DNA of 64,000 nucleotides from positions 11,222,001 to 11,286,000 of the forward strand of contig CATOCA020000001.1 of NCBI GenBank assembly GCA_951406725.2, in the 5' to 3' direction. This DNA comes from Octopus vulgaris (lineage: Eukaryota). A program made the position numbers and the translations under genes. Positions 1 through 12,876 of the stretch are shown here, in pieces; the stretch's first letter is position 1; the number at the start of each line of letters is the position of its first letter. The notes under the pieces were generated by a model. That model made no database searches, was not told the origin of the DNA, and worked only from the letters and a program-made list of their open reading frames with translations.

Positions 1-331
1 AATGAGTTCGATGTTAGAAGTGAAATATATTTCTGGAATATATGCAGTTCACTGTGTGTCAACCAATTTCTATGATGTATCAGGGTCAAGACAAACATTT
101 ATCAATGTATGTATGCATGTGTGTGTATACTTGTGTGTGTGTGTGTGTGTGTTTCTGCGTCATTTAACTACACAAAATGCTGTATGTATGTAAATATTTA
201 AAGAAGAGTTTCTGCTCTACTCTTGGTAGTTACTGATGTATCTTATAATATTCTCTATTCCGAACATGTAAATAATGTAATATTTGTTATAAATGAATGT
301 TATAGATTGGATGTTTCTGTTTTGTTCACAG

Positions 332-474
332 ATGTTTGTGGTGCAGAAATAAAACGGCCACAACAAAAGTCCATCCATGTGGACACCTTGTAATATGTAA
401 GGGATGTTCAAACGTTCCTCTTCAACAATGTCTGAAGTGTTTAAAACCTGTAATAACAGGCAGAGGTCGAGTTG
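332..474 (+). CDS. Internal exon encoding a C3HC4 RING finger (MIB/IAP-type) of a RING + death-domain protein
   Basis: Acceptor ttcacag at 325-331, donor gtaaga at 475. Translation CLWCRNKTATTKVHPCGHLVICKGCSNVPLQQCLKC = C-x2-C-x11-C-x-H-x3-C-x2-C-x7-C-x2-C. Ends in phase 1; upstream exons lie outside the window. Confidence 0.88.
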
Positions 475-1187
475 GTAAGAATATTCTTTGCAAATCCGTC
501 TGTTTGTCCTGCTTGTCCCATTGCCCTTATTGTGTAGAATAATATACTTCATGTTGTTATGTAGACAGAGGTCTGCCATAATCTGGCAGATTTATGATAA
601 AAGGTGTTCCTAGTGTCTGTTCTCTGTAATAGTATATCTCTCACACTACATCCACTAAACATTGACCTTATCCAAGTAGGAAACATGTCACACTTCAAGA
701 GGGTTGTAGTCTGCAACATAAAAATAATGGAGGATTCTGCAAGATACTTAGTGAGTAACTGAAGTATCAATAAATCTCCATCAACTCTATAATTAATTAT
801 GAGTTATTAGAAGATAATTATGAGTTATTAGAAGATAATTAAATACAACAGTACTTACAAGGACATCAGTGTCATCTTTGGTAAAGTATTAAATTTAGTA
901 GAATATTTTAAAGGAGTAAAATTATTTGTCACTAGTTTGAGAGACTTTAACACACAATTCCATGTTGTTATGTTTGTAATTGGAGGATATTAAGGCTAAT
1001 AGAGACAGTTTTGTTTGTCAAGCAACCAGATCATGAAACCTTCGAATATATCCTGAATGAGATGACATTCTGGTGAACTGTGAAGTTAAAATTAGGGATT
1101 ATCAGCAACAATGTTTAACAAAGAGATCAGGTGTATGTTTCTCCTTCTTGAAGTGGTTGTGACATGTGTTTGTTGTTATATCTTTGA

Positions 1188-1561
1188 CTAGCAGTATCGC
1201 CCGGCGTTGCTCGGGTTTGTAAGGGAAATAACTATAAAGCATTTTTAGAGAGTTATAGCCAAAAAAATGGAAAAAAAATTATGGTAAATTTTTTTGAGAG
1301 TTAAAACGGTCGAGTTGCGTCCCCTAGACAGTCTGTGGTTTGAGTTTCTGATTCTCGACCCCATGTCGAATTTATCGATTTTTTTTCAGAACTGGGGGAA
1401 CTTTTCAAAATTTTCTCTGCGTTAGTTTTGAATTATGACATTGGGCTATGTGTGTGTTAAGTTTCATCAGAATCGGTTGAAAGCCGTGGTCAGGGTGAGG
1501 GTACAAGCTAACAGACACACAGAAACACACACAGACAAACTGCCGTTTATATAGAGAGAGA
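1188..1561 (-). mobile_element. Non-autonomous Helitron
   Basis: On the - strand it starts TC(TCTCTATATAAA), ends with hairpin CCCGAGCAACGCCGGG then CTAG, and sits between A and T. Same 3' end as the copy at 54816. Confidence 0.8.
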
Positions 1562-1948
1562 TGAATAAATATGTTGACACTGGAATCAAACAGGTTGTTA
1601 GTGAAGATTAGATTTAGGGTTATAGATATAAGCAAGGAAACCAAAGCCTACAGATAAACTGTTATTAGGTGATAATTAAATGATATAATTACAGCATTGT
1701 TAGATTATGTAGGATATCTTAACAGAGAGAGGAAATTTACAAAGATCAACTAGAGTTCGTTTTGGAGCTAAATATTGGCTATTACATGGGTCCACTGTTG
1801 AAAGTATAAAAACATTGACCAAAACAATTATGATCGCTGGTTGGCCATTGATGATATGAATGTTTCTCATTAATAAAATATAGATTATTAATAAATATAA
1901 AGGGATTGTGCTATAAATAAATATAAAACTTGGAGACACATATTTCAG

Positions 1949-1999
1949 AGAGTCCAAAGTTTGAAGAGAAGGTAGTGCAGACTGTGGCAGAGACAGTTG
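1949..1999 (+). pseudogene. Duplicated 51-nt linker exon (ESPKFEEKVVQTVAETV) with a mutated donor; probable pseudo-exon
   Basis: Acceptor tatttcag is intact and the exon is in frame (phase 1-1). It is followed by ATGAGT where the paralogous exons have GTGAGT. Flanking intron sequence is homologous to that around 3376 and 7661. Confidence 0.6.
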
Positions 2000-3375
2000 A
2001 TGAGTTTAAAATTAGAGATCTTAATTAATTTCTATAGATTTTACATTCACCTCAGCTATTTTGCGTATTAGAATGGTGGAGAACAAATCCCATTTCTAAT
2101 TTCCATTTGAAAGGTTAGCTCTAAAGTAATTGTATTAAAAATATGAAATTTCATAAAGTCATGGTTAACATGTTTGGTAAAATGGATAAATTAAAAGCCA
2201 CAATATAGTTAATATTGTCTTCTGGAAGAGGGAACTATAATTTATTATTTTAGGTGTAAACTCGTGAATTAATAAAATAGTTGTTTGTTTTTCTACTAAG
2301 ATCTTTCGTAAGTTTTCTGATAGGTTATTCTTGATGTTGTTATGTAGCCAGACGTCTGTCGTAATATTTTGTATTTTCTGGGGTTGTGTACCCTGAATGT
2401 CTCTGGTTAGAATACATTTTGTTGTTGCAAATTAGAAAATTCTAATTAAATATTAACTCTGTATAAGAATATTCATCATGAACTTAATTTTAATTTTATT
2501 AAATGTTAAATTTAGTATTGAACCGTGAACATCTGTTTATATTTAAACAAATTATTGGTGTTTATACAAAATATAGAAACAAAAATTGAATATGACTTGA
2601 ACACACAAATCCTTGTTTGTAACTATATATAATATATACTTATTACATTGTTATGTACAACATTTACCATCCATATAGTCATTCTTTTTCTCACACTTGT
2701 TAGATTTTAGATGATATTAATGCTAAAAGAGGCACAGTTTTCTGAGTGTTTCACCCTTTGGTCTTGATTGTTGCGTTCAAATTTTGTCATAGCATCATCG
2801 TGTACCCTTACCTTACATTTTATATCTTGTTAGGGATCATGTTGGGGAAGGGTGTATGCAATTTGGCTTGTGGAAATATTTTTAGGGGACAGATAGTGTT
2901 GTGGAGTGGAGGGTATACACATAAGGACATGTCTTTATGGGCTCAGTTTTACTTAATTAGAGAGGAATGTTGATTAGTGAATTCTAGAGATGAGAGGACT
3001 GTGCCATACCATAGATTTGGCACAGTTATAAGAAAAGAAAGACAAAGCTAAGAGAAAACTGTTATCAAGTGTTAATTAAACGAGATAATTGCAACATTGT
3101 TAGAATATTTAATGTGTTTTTAGAGAGAGAGAAAGAGAGAGAGAGAGAGGGAGAGGGTGGATATAGGAATGTTAGTCTGTTTTATTGTGGACATATTGGG
3201 CTATTACATGGGACCACTGTAGAAAGTACAGAACTATTGACCAAAACCATAATGGTCAACAGTTGACCAGTAACGACAGGAATTGAATGACTAACAATAA
3301 CAAGATAGAGTTTAATAAAAATAAAGATAAAGAAATTCTACTATTAAATGTAAAACTTGTAAATGTTTATTTCAG

Positions 3376-3447
3376 CGTCTCCAAAGTTTGCAGACAAGGG
3401 AGTGCAAACAGATTTACAATTATTAGAGCCTACATCCGAGCAAAGTG
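3376..3447 (+). CDS. 72-nt linker exon (ASPKFADKGVQTDLQLLEPTSEQS)
   Basis: tttatttcag acceptor, gtgagt donor, phase 1-1, keeps frame between the RING and death-domain exons. Confidence 0.75.
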
Positions 3448-4324
3448 GTGAGTATAAAATAAGAGTTCACAATTGATTTCTATAAGATTTAATTTACCTG
3501 GGTGTATTGTGTTTGAAAGAATAACTGAAAATAGGTTCCACTCCTACTTTCAAGTTGAAAGATTAGCTGTATAATAATTCTGTTAAAGATATCGATATTA
3601 CTGAAAGTTTATAAAATATCGCTCCAAGTTAGCACGGTTGGTAATAGTGTTGAAAATAGAGGACACAATAGAGTTGATTTTGTCATTTGATCATGAAACT
3701 AAAAATGTTGTTTAACCATTAACTGCCAATTTTTTTATTCATATTTTTTGGCTTTGCCTGGTGTCTCAGGAGTTAAAAGTCATATATAGTATTTCAATTT
3801 TCTTCATATGTGAATTATTTTGGAAATTATGATAATTGTTTCGATAAGTCCCAAATGGGGATCTCTGAGAAAAAGCATATTTATCCTTTTCTATTCAATT
3901 GCAATAATAAAGATTTTAGTTTTTCTGAAACTAGAGTATCAAATGCGAATGTGTATGAAATATCAATGAATGATATAGAAGGGAAATGCAAGAAAAGAAA
4001 AAAGAACTTTTCAAAACAGTCAATATTTTTGTAGTTCAAAAATTGCGATTTATGATATAAATGTCCTCTAGAATTAGCCAGAGTTAATAATGACAAAATT
4101 TAATTACTAAATATTGTTAAACACACCTCTACAAATGCAATGTAAGCAAGCAATTCACTTAAAATACAGCGAACAACCGGCAGTGAAACTATTTTTATCA
4201 GTTCCTCAAATGGGGCTCATGGCAGGCCATGGGTTAAGTGTAAGCAGGAGAATTAGGATTTTGTTTGTTTTTCATTCTTACTGTTTATGGATAGGCAGTT
4301 ATTGTTATTGTTGTTGTTGTTTAG

Positions 4325-6108
4325 GCAGATGTCTCTCATAATCTCGCAGAGTTACAATGAAATTTGTTCCAAGTGTGAACATACTTTTTTCACTGAAAGT
4401 AAATCTAGCATTACCTGCACTAAACGTTGTCTTTGTCCAAGAAGAAGACTTTGGTTTCCTGCTGGGACAACCATTGTCTCACTCTCTTCAGGATAAATAT
4501 TTGCTGCAAGATACAATACAATAAATGACATCGTCCTCATCATTTATCATCTGATTTCCATCCTCCTATCAATTGGATGGATGGATGGCCACTATCCAAG
4601 TCAGTTCTTATTCAGAATTACTACCCACCGTCATTGGTTGAGGAACACATCTCACTACAATATTCCGACTTTTCCATGGTGGTATGTCTTTCCAAACACC
4701 AACCACATTCTACAGGGTCCTGGGTACATTTTATTGTACCAAAAACCCTAGAAAGATTGTTTGGTCTTCAAGAATATTAAACTTCCCTTTCTAACTTATG
4801 CTAAGAAATATCAGACACATTGGCAGAAGAAAGGAGAGGAAACAAATTAGAGAAGAGATCCTTAAGAACCCTTATGAGGTTACTAGGAAACCGTTTGCAG
4901 ATACTAAATATGGTTGGGGAAAATATACTGAAAATGGACTGGATGGCCATGTACAGGAGTCCTACAGTGACCCAAAGTGAGATCAACCATTCCTACTCGT
5001 GGACAGTTTGAAATGACCATCGAAAGCAGTAATCATATATTTCAGCTTGGTTGATTTCAGCAAGAGGAAAGAGCGCCCCAGAAGGTGTTTGTATACCATA
5101 TAAAGACAAAGTGTACAAGTTTTGTACGCAACTATGTTATAAGCTAGAGTGTTATAGCATAAAAATGAACTGTTGATGCGTGTCGCAAGACAGAAGAGTT
5201 TAATTAACAAAAGAAGCTAAAGTAAAATTTATTGGTCAATTCAGACCAGTTTCAATCCTGACTGTAGATGACAAGATTTACATGGATTTACTTGCTACGG
5301 GATCAGCTACATATCTACAAAATCATGTCTATAGGACGGGAAATGTCCAGAAGGCTGACATCTCCGGAATTCGTGGATATGTGGAACAAACATTTTCAAT
5401 CTGGGATGCACACAAGACAGACAGGAGAGTAAAAAGGAGTTGAATGTTGTATGGTTTGATCTGGCTAATGCTTATGGTTCTGTACCACTCGGTAGATAGC
5501 TCCAATCAGTTGTTGATGAAAGCAATGGACTTCTTTTATATACTGGAAGAAAAGATTATCTGATGAAGAGCTGCTATAACAATTTCAAAATGCAGTTCAT
5601 GGCAGAAAATTTCACAACAGAGTGGGATCGTCTTGAATTTGAAATACCTGTAGGTTGAAAAATATCCGCCATTTGAGTTTGTTATGGAGAAGCTACTTAG
5701 ATCAGCAGATTGATCAGAAGAAATGGCTTGAGTGAAATCACATGAGAAGGCATTAATTGATGATATAACAATAATAAGAGATTAAAATGACATACAAATC
5801 GTTCTGGATAGACTGGATGGACTTATTACTTGGTAGAGAGTGTGGTTTAAAGCTAATAAGTAATGCAGTCTGTCAGTTGTCAAAGGTCATCAGAAGAAGT
5901 TCAAAATAGCAGGTGAAACCATGTCAAAGGTTGAAAAGAAACCTATAAAATGTTTAGGACAATGGTACACTACCTCATTGTCCAATAAGAGTAGAGGCAT
6001 TGAGATCATGGCAGAAAGAGAGGATGGGTTATAAGCAATAGATAAGTGAGGACCTCTCGGAAAATACGAGATTTGCCGCGTCCAGTTTGATCTATATCTC
6101 CGTCTTGC
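4325..6108. mobile_element. Degenerate HERO-like (RLE clade) non-LTR retrotransposon; RT on + strand (4795-6108), upstream part apparently inverted (4325-4780)
   Basis: + strand fragments RRKERKQIREEILKNPY, KKELNVVWFDLANAYGSVP, ALIDDITI, KPIKCLGQWY, with many stops and frameshifts. Confidence 0.72.
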
Positions 6109-6289
6109 ATATATATTCTTGAGCATCCGATCTTTTGTACCATTTCAGATATTTCTCACCGCCATAACGTGTGGATAATTAGTTACATGAAGTTAATGAG
6201 GTTTGTGCAAATGTAGAGTGTAGCGTGTAAAATCTAGCATGCATTAATTTCAACACTTCTTATTAATAACTGCACTTTTTGATTCCACG

Positions 6290-7441
6290 TAAATTGACAA
6301 CTGAATGTTCAAAGAAGACTTGTAATGTGACTAGTAGCGACCTCTTTTGAAAATGGAAAAAATATGGCATCGTGCAGAAAAAGGGTTTATTCCCCAAGGG
6401 CGATCATACTTACACGGTTGCTATATTAGGTGATGACACTCCAACTTTATCAACTGTGCAAAAGTGGACAGTTGAATTTAGGAGGCGAACAGAGAGTATT
6501 GAAAAGGACCCAATGTCTGGACGTCCTGCTACTTTCACCACCGAGGAAAACATTTAACATTTTCACCGCATGGTGATGGATGACGGGTGATTGACTATAA
6601 ATCAAATAGCCAATGGTATTAGCATTTTCGGTGACAGATTTGAGAATATTCTGCACTTGGCATGAGAATGGTTTCTGTTTGGTGGGTGCCACCGCTTCTG
6701 AGACCTGATCAAAAGCACACTAGGCTGATCATATTATTCTAAAATCCGACATTGCTTGAAGCAGACTCAGCTGAATTCCTTGAACCTTTCTTAAGCCACG
6801 ATGAGTGTTGGATTAAACACTTTGAGCCTCAGACAAAAAGATAATCCATGCAGTAGAAACACACGTCTTTACCTGTTCAAACGAAGACCAACATCGTTTC
6901 ATCTGCATGGAAGGGGATAGTCTCAGGTTTTTGTGATGCAAAAGGCATTGTGTTTATTGACTATTTTCAGAAGGGCTCTACCATAAATGGGGGAATTGTA
7001 CCATCTTACTGAAGCAGTTACAAAAGCCTATCGAGACCAAATGCCCCGGGAAACTAATTCAAAGGGTTTCGTATCATCAAGACAATGACCCAGCACATAC
7101 GTCCTTGCCTTCAATGGCTGTTGAGCATGGCCCTGGTTTTGAACTAGTTGATCACCTTACTTCTTCCCCCGATTTACCCCCTTCTGACTATCGTTTGTCC
7201 ATCAACTTTCAAAATACTCGGTTGGGAATCGTCATCGCAGTGACGATGTCATCATATCTGCAGTTGATGAATTATTTTAGCAACAGGATGAAAGCTTGTT
7301 CACAAATGAGATTCATTCAAGAACTAAAACACGAATGGAAGAAGTGTGTGGACCTCAAGGGGGTTGAAAAATAGACTTCATTTGGTCACATTCTATGTGA
7401 GCGTATTTGTCATCGTATGAAACTCTCAGCGGACCTTCATA
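6290..7441 (+). mobile_element. Degenerate mariner transposon
   Basis: TVQKWTVEFRRRTESIEKDPMSGRP (HTH), WVP motif, SPDLPPSDY motif. Right TIR-like end followed by TA at 7440-7441; left TIR not found. Confidence 0.88.
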
Positions 7442-7660
7442 TGTTGGATGCCTTAATTAAAAAAAGGACATTAGAAAGGTTAGATAGACTCTATTGTGTG
7501 GTGGACCTGAATATTGAGCTAATATATGGTACGATTGTAAAACTTATAAAAATGTTGAGCGAACATTGAAGATAAGAATATCTTATGATAAGATATACTT
7601 TATTAATAAATATTAAGAGATTCTACTATTAAATGTAAACCATGGAGATATTTATTTCAG

Positions 7661-7732
7661 GTTTTCAAAAACTGGATGAGAGGTATCTCCTAAAGTTGGC
7701 ATGTCAGTTAGGAGGCAACTGGTGGAAAGTTG
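7661..7732 (+). CDS. 72-nt exon, N-terminal part of death domain (GFQKLDERYLLKLACQLGGNWWKVG)
   Basis: tttatttcag acceptor, gtgagt donor. The LxxLAxxLGxxWxxxG pattern is typical of death-domain helices 1-2 and splices in frame to 11349. Confidence 0.85.
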
Positions 7733-8149
7733 GTGAGTAAAAAATAACAATACCTAATTGATTTCTGTAAATTTTACCTTCACTTGAGCCTTTATGACTG
7801 AGAACCAGTTGCATTCCATTTGAAATGTTAACTGTAAAATAATTCTATTAAATATATTAATGTAATTCAGTAAAACTTGAGGTTATTAAGGTTGGTAAAC
7901 TGGATAAATTGATAAAACACAGTTGAGTAGATATTGTCTTTTGGAAGAAGGGATTAAAATATATTTAAGGGATTAAAATATATTTAAGGCTAAACAGATG
8001 ATCGAATGACAAGGTTTTTGCGTGTTTTACATTTTTACACAGTTTATTCCTTGATATGTTTAATGAAGCAAAGGTTACAATCGGAACAAGTCTTGTTTAT
8101 TCCATCGTAAGACGTTGAGTTAGGTTCTTCTTAGGATCATTGTGTAAAA

Positions 8150-10330
8150 AGCAGATCATTTCAGCTCATATAACAAATATTCGAATGTCGTCTTAATGAC
8201 ATGACGTATGTCTCTAGATGCTTCCGGGAAAGACTAAATAGAGGACACCGATGAATCATATCATATTCTCTCCCGCCAAGAAGAGAGAATTCTTCTAAGG
8301 GAATTTACCAGAAAATGAATATTCTCAGGTCAAGCCAAATGAGGTGACCTCTCTCACTGAAACTGATATAATAATAACAGAATAGGCTCAGGAGAATTGG
8401 TCGAATCTTGAGTTCCTTGAGAATTAGTGAGAAGAATTATTTGCAGAAGACTCAATTTGGATTGAATTTGACTCGGAATTATCGACTCTTCAAATATGAA
8501 TGATTATTCGATTTTCAGTGTCCTGTTGGTAACTTTTCAAGGTGATAGATTGCAAAGAAAGACTTTCCTGACCCTTTGAATTTTAGATCTGGGCATACTG
8601 AGGAGGGGGCTGATTCAATGTATTCAACCTCATTCACTAAAGGATCATATTGGGACTTAACACATTTCAAAACACAGGACCTGGGTTACTCAACCAAGTT
8701 GGAATTGATGTCCCATCTATAGATTGTCCGGAATAAATGGACATTCTTCGATGGGTGGGGGTACATTAGATGCTGTAGAAAACAGGAAGCAGATTGAGTG
8801 AGGTCCATGTCTCACGTTTAGCTTTTGGAGTGGCAGGCAAGTTCCATAGGTTTCCAAAGAAAACTTTTGTATCATTCACACTGTCCATTTATGTTGGGAT
8901 CATATGAGCACATCTTAATAAAGGCAATAATTTTACTGTGAAACCATTTTTACAAAACCTCTGACATGACGCAGCAGGATGTATCGAAATGCACATCACC
9001 AGGCATACTGGGTGTCGAGAATATTCAGCAAGGACACTCGATGTCAGTTGAAGTATTAATCTCTATGTATGGAAGAGCAACAAACAATCTAGAATATACA
9101 TCCACCATTGTTAAAATGCGTTCATTATGAGCAGCATAATTTTACTACGAAGCCATTTTTTACAACGCGTCTGACATGATGCAGCAGCCTCTATCTAAAT
9201 GCACATCGCTAGGCAGATTGAGTGTCGAGACTATTCAGTAAAGACACTCGATGTTGTGTTGAAGTACTAATCTCTATGCATGGAAGAGCAAAAGGAAATC
9301 TAGAATTTTCATCCACCACGGTTAAAATATATTGATTATGAGCAGCAGACAGAAGCAAACCTTTAAAATATAAGTCAATTCATTCGAATGATTGGGACAC
9401 TTTCACTGAATGCATATTAGGTTTTAAAATGTGGGGGTTACATTCATCACAGGTTGTTCACAGGGAAATCATCATTTTGATTTCATCAAGTGATTCTGGA
9501 ATATTCTTACTTTCCACATAATCACACATTCGTGTCATGCCTGGATGCCAAAGGTAGTTATGCAGTTCAGCAATTTGATTGGAACTGACAACAGAACAAA
9601 ACAGAAAGCAGACATGTCAGAAATATTCTCATTTCTTTTATTTTATGATCACATTTAACATCAAACATAAAACTACATTCTTTTTTTCAGCAGTAAAAAG
9701 GGTGAGTCATTTTCAGCTTAGGAAGCGCTTCTAATGGTGTAATAAACTCTGTGATTGGGGTGGTTTCTTTCTCACTTTAAAGATGTTTTAACAGAATTCT
9801 GCGAGACATTTAAGAAAAGAATCAATAGGCCGTCCTCCCTGATTTACTGATGCAACTATTGCAAAACCAGAAGCAACTCTTTCAACACGAATAGGTCAAG
9901 TTTGATCTTAGCCACAATCTCTGAGTCTTCGACATCCTTCTTCAGTTGCTGAAAAGGTTCAAATCCAGCTCCGGATGAAATAAATGTACTAGTTTTAAGG
10001 ATATTTACAGTGGACATGTTATGGTCAGTTTGTGTCTTCTGGACAATGCTTATGATGTCCCCCTGTGACTGTAAACCTATTGCTATTAAGTCTCGTTCTT
10101 ACAATAAATCATATCAAGATTCGTCAAATTACAAGTCCGATATCTCCAGGCAGAAAAGATTATTAAGACTTTTTCAAGTTGCTGTTTCTACCAAGGAATG
10201 CCATAAAAAATGAATGGTTGTTGATTATTCTCAGAAAGAGAATCGATTCACCAAACACGATGTGAATCAACAACATTGAATTTCTGATGAAATCAATTAT
10301 AGGTTCTTGTGTAGGAAGCTGATAATTAAT
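8150..10330 (-). mobile_element. Degenerate Gypsy LTR-retrotransposon pol relic (RNase H and integrase on -, RT start on + at ~10055-10330)
   Basis: - strand: LHNYLWHPGMTRM (integrase HHCC), YILTVVDENSRFPF, ASGFAIVASVNQGGRPI (RNase H). + strand: DCKPIAIKSRSY and MVVDYSQ (RT start). Internal ~200-bp duplication at 8945-9350. Confidence 0.78.
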
Positions 10331-11348
10331 TTCAATTTAAATCACCATACTGGAATGACTTCTTACCACATTGCTTCAATATAAAGAAGAAGCTTAATAG
10401 AGGACACTCAACAGAACCATATCACTTATAATCGTTAAATATCAGTGTTAATCCAGCAGACTTAAGTTTAAAGGCGTTCCAAGTGTGACGCCTCTGCCTT
10501 TTACATAGGACAACATCCTTAAATGTTCCATTTTAAGATGACAAGTTGTAGTTCTAGTGACCTGCAGCTTCTCCACTGTCCAGTGTCCATCTGGATGTGG
10601 ATCACACTTCACTCACATGTAGGGCTTAATTGTCCGTAAGTGAATGATGTCGATGTTGAATAAGTTCTGTCTACTTTCCTTCGACCTCTTTACAAATTGT
10701 GGCTTTGATCCAGTGAAAGATATCGTCATTATATGCCGTGCATCCAGAGAGATTAAGCCAGTGTCTTCCATAATTTGTGTTGTTTACCTAACAGTTTATA
10801 TTAATTAGTCAGAGCAGGTGAGGCATCGTACTCACAGATGACTTATTTCAAGCATTAAACATGTCAAGTACACATGTTCTAATATGATGGACAAGTGATT
10901 AGAATTTTACAGAAAAGGATAGCAAGCTTAAGCAACCATGAGGAAACCACGAATGAGATAAACCCAATTGGTCACACATGAAAATCCAACTGGAAAGTCT
11001 TAAGATGGTTTCTTCTGATTGGAAATTATTTGGGAGGTGCCTGAGAACTCTGGCCTTGTAACCGTTCTAGAAATACTGTGCTGAGAAAATGAATGGATGA
11101 ATGGACCGAGTGGTGTGTCTGTTTGTCGTCGATGTTGAATCTTTAGGTTCTGACACACTTTTGATTAACCAAACACTTCTGAAATCTATTTCCAAATTTT
11201 CTCAAATAAACAATGTCTTATATTTTTCAGGTTTCTTCACTATTTTGTATTTCTCTATCGATATAGTTTTTTGTTATATTTATATCAACAACTTTTATAT
11301 TATTGTTAATGTTTATCCTGTAATTTCTTATTGTTCTCTCTTCAACAG

Positions 11349-11554
11349 GCATATTTTTGGGGATTAAAAGTATCCAACTGGGAATTATCCGGCATGACTT
11401 TTCTGGTAATGTTCAAGAGCAGAGCTTCCAGATGCTGCTCTACTGGTCAACACATTGTGATCCGCAGGAAGTTACGGTGGATACATTGAGGGCAGCTCTT
11501 GCGGAAACTGAGTGCTTAACTGCACTCGAAAGTCTATCATTACTTGAAGAGTGA
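11349..11554 (+). CDS. Terminal exon, rest of death domain (IFLGIKSIQLGIIRHDFSGNVQEQSFQMLLYW...TVDTLRAALAETECL...stop)
   Basis: Polypyrimidine tract plus ttcaacag acceptor. LG, EQxxQMLxxW and TxxxLxxAL motifs of death domains. TGA at 11552-11554; AATAAA near 11814. Confidence 0.88.
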
Positions 11555-11959
11555 ATTGTTGCGTAAATGTTGTTTAGTCACCAGATCAACCATGACCAAA
11601 CAATGATCTATGATCAAATGTCTCCCAGCCATGACCATCCTCTCTTTATTGCTAATGTAGAAAACTCAGAACCGCATTGTCCCACTTGTCCTACCTTAAG
11701 ATGATGAAGTGTGAATTTTGGTAAATTTGGTTATTATTTCTAGCAGATCTGTCAACCAAATAGAGACCACTTTACTGGTTTGGCTCCCTTGTAACCAGAA
11801 ATTACATTCTGAAATAAATATAAACTTTGAAATGTTCAATTGTTGTTGTTGTTATTGTTGTGCATAGAATCACCTTCCTAAACAATTCCATTGCTTTACA
11901 GAGTATTTTAATAACATCTGACATATTCATAGATATCCTTAGCCTTGAATAGAATGTCT

Positions 11960-12009
<50 letters not shown>

Positions 12010-12010
12010 A

Positions 12011-12164
12011 GGAGTGGCTGTGTGGTAAGTAGCTTGCTTAGCAACCACATGATTCCGGGTTCAGTCCCACTGCGTGGCATCTTAAGTAAATGCCTTTTAC
12101 TATAGCCTCGAGCCGCCCAAAAGCCTTGTGAGTGGATTTGGTAAACAGAAACTGAAATCCAGTC

Positions 12165-12240
<76 letters not shown>

Positions 12241-12455
12241 TATGTTTGTGTGTCTGTGTTTGTCACCCCAACATCGCTTGACAACTGATGCTGGTGTGTT
12301 TACGTCCCCCAAGCTTAGCGGTTCGGCATAAGAGACCGATAGAATAAGTACTAGGCTTACATAGAATAAGTCCTGGGGTTGATTTGGTCTACTACAGGCG
12401 GTGCTCCAGCATGGCCACAGTCAAAGGGTTGAAACAAGTAAAAAGAGTAAAAGAG
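12011..12455 (+). mobile_element. tRNA-derived SINE, family A, with internal (AT)n(GT)n
   Basis: A box TGGCTGTGTGGT and B box GGTTCAGTCCC head, conserved body, GTAAAAGA-type tail. Many copies across the window. Confidence 0.85.
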
Positions 12456-12860
<405 letters not shown>

Positions 12861-12876
12861 ATTGATGTCTTTTTTA

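Noticed and set aside
10010-10213. ORF resembling a secreted peptide precursor (hydrophobic start, KR site)
   Set aside because: It spans the inversion junction of a Gypsy relic; DCKPIAIKSRSY is pol-derived.
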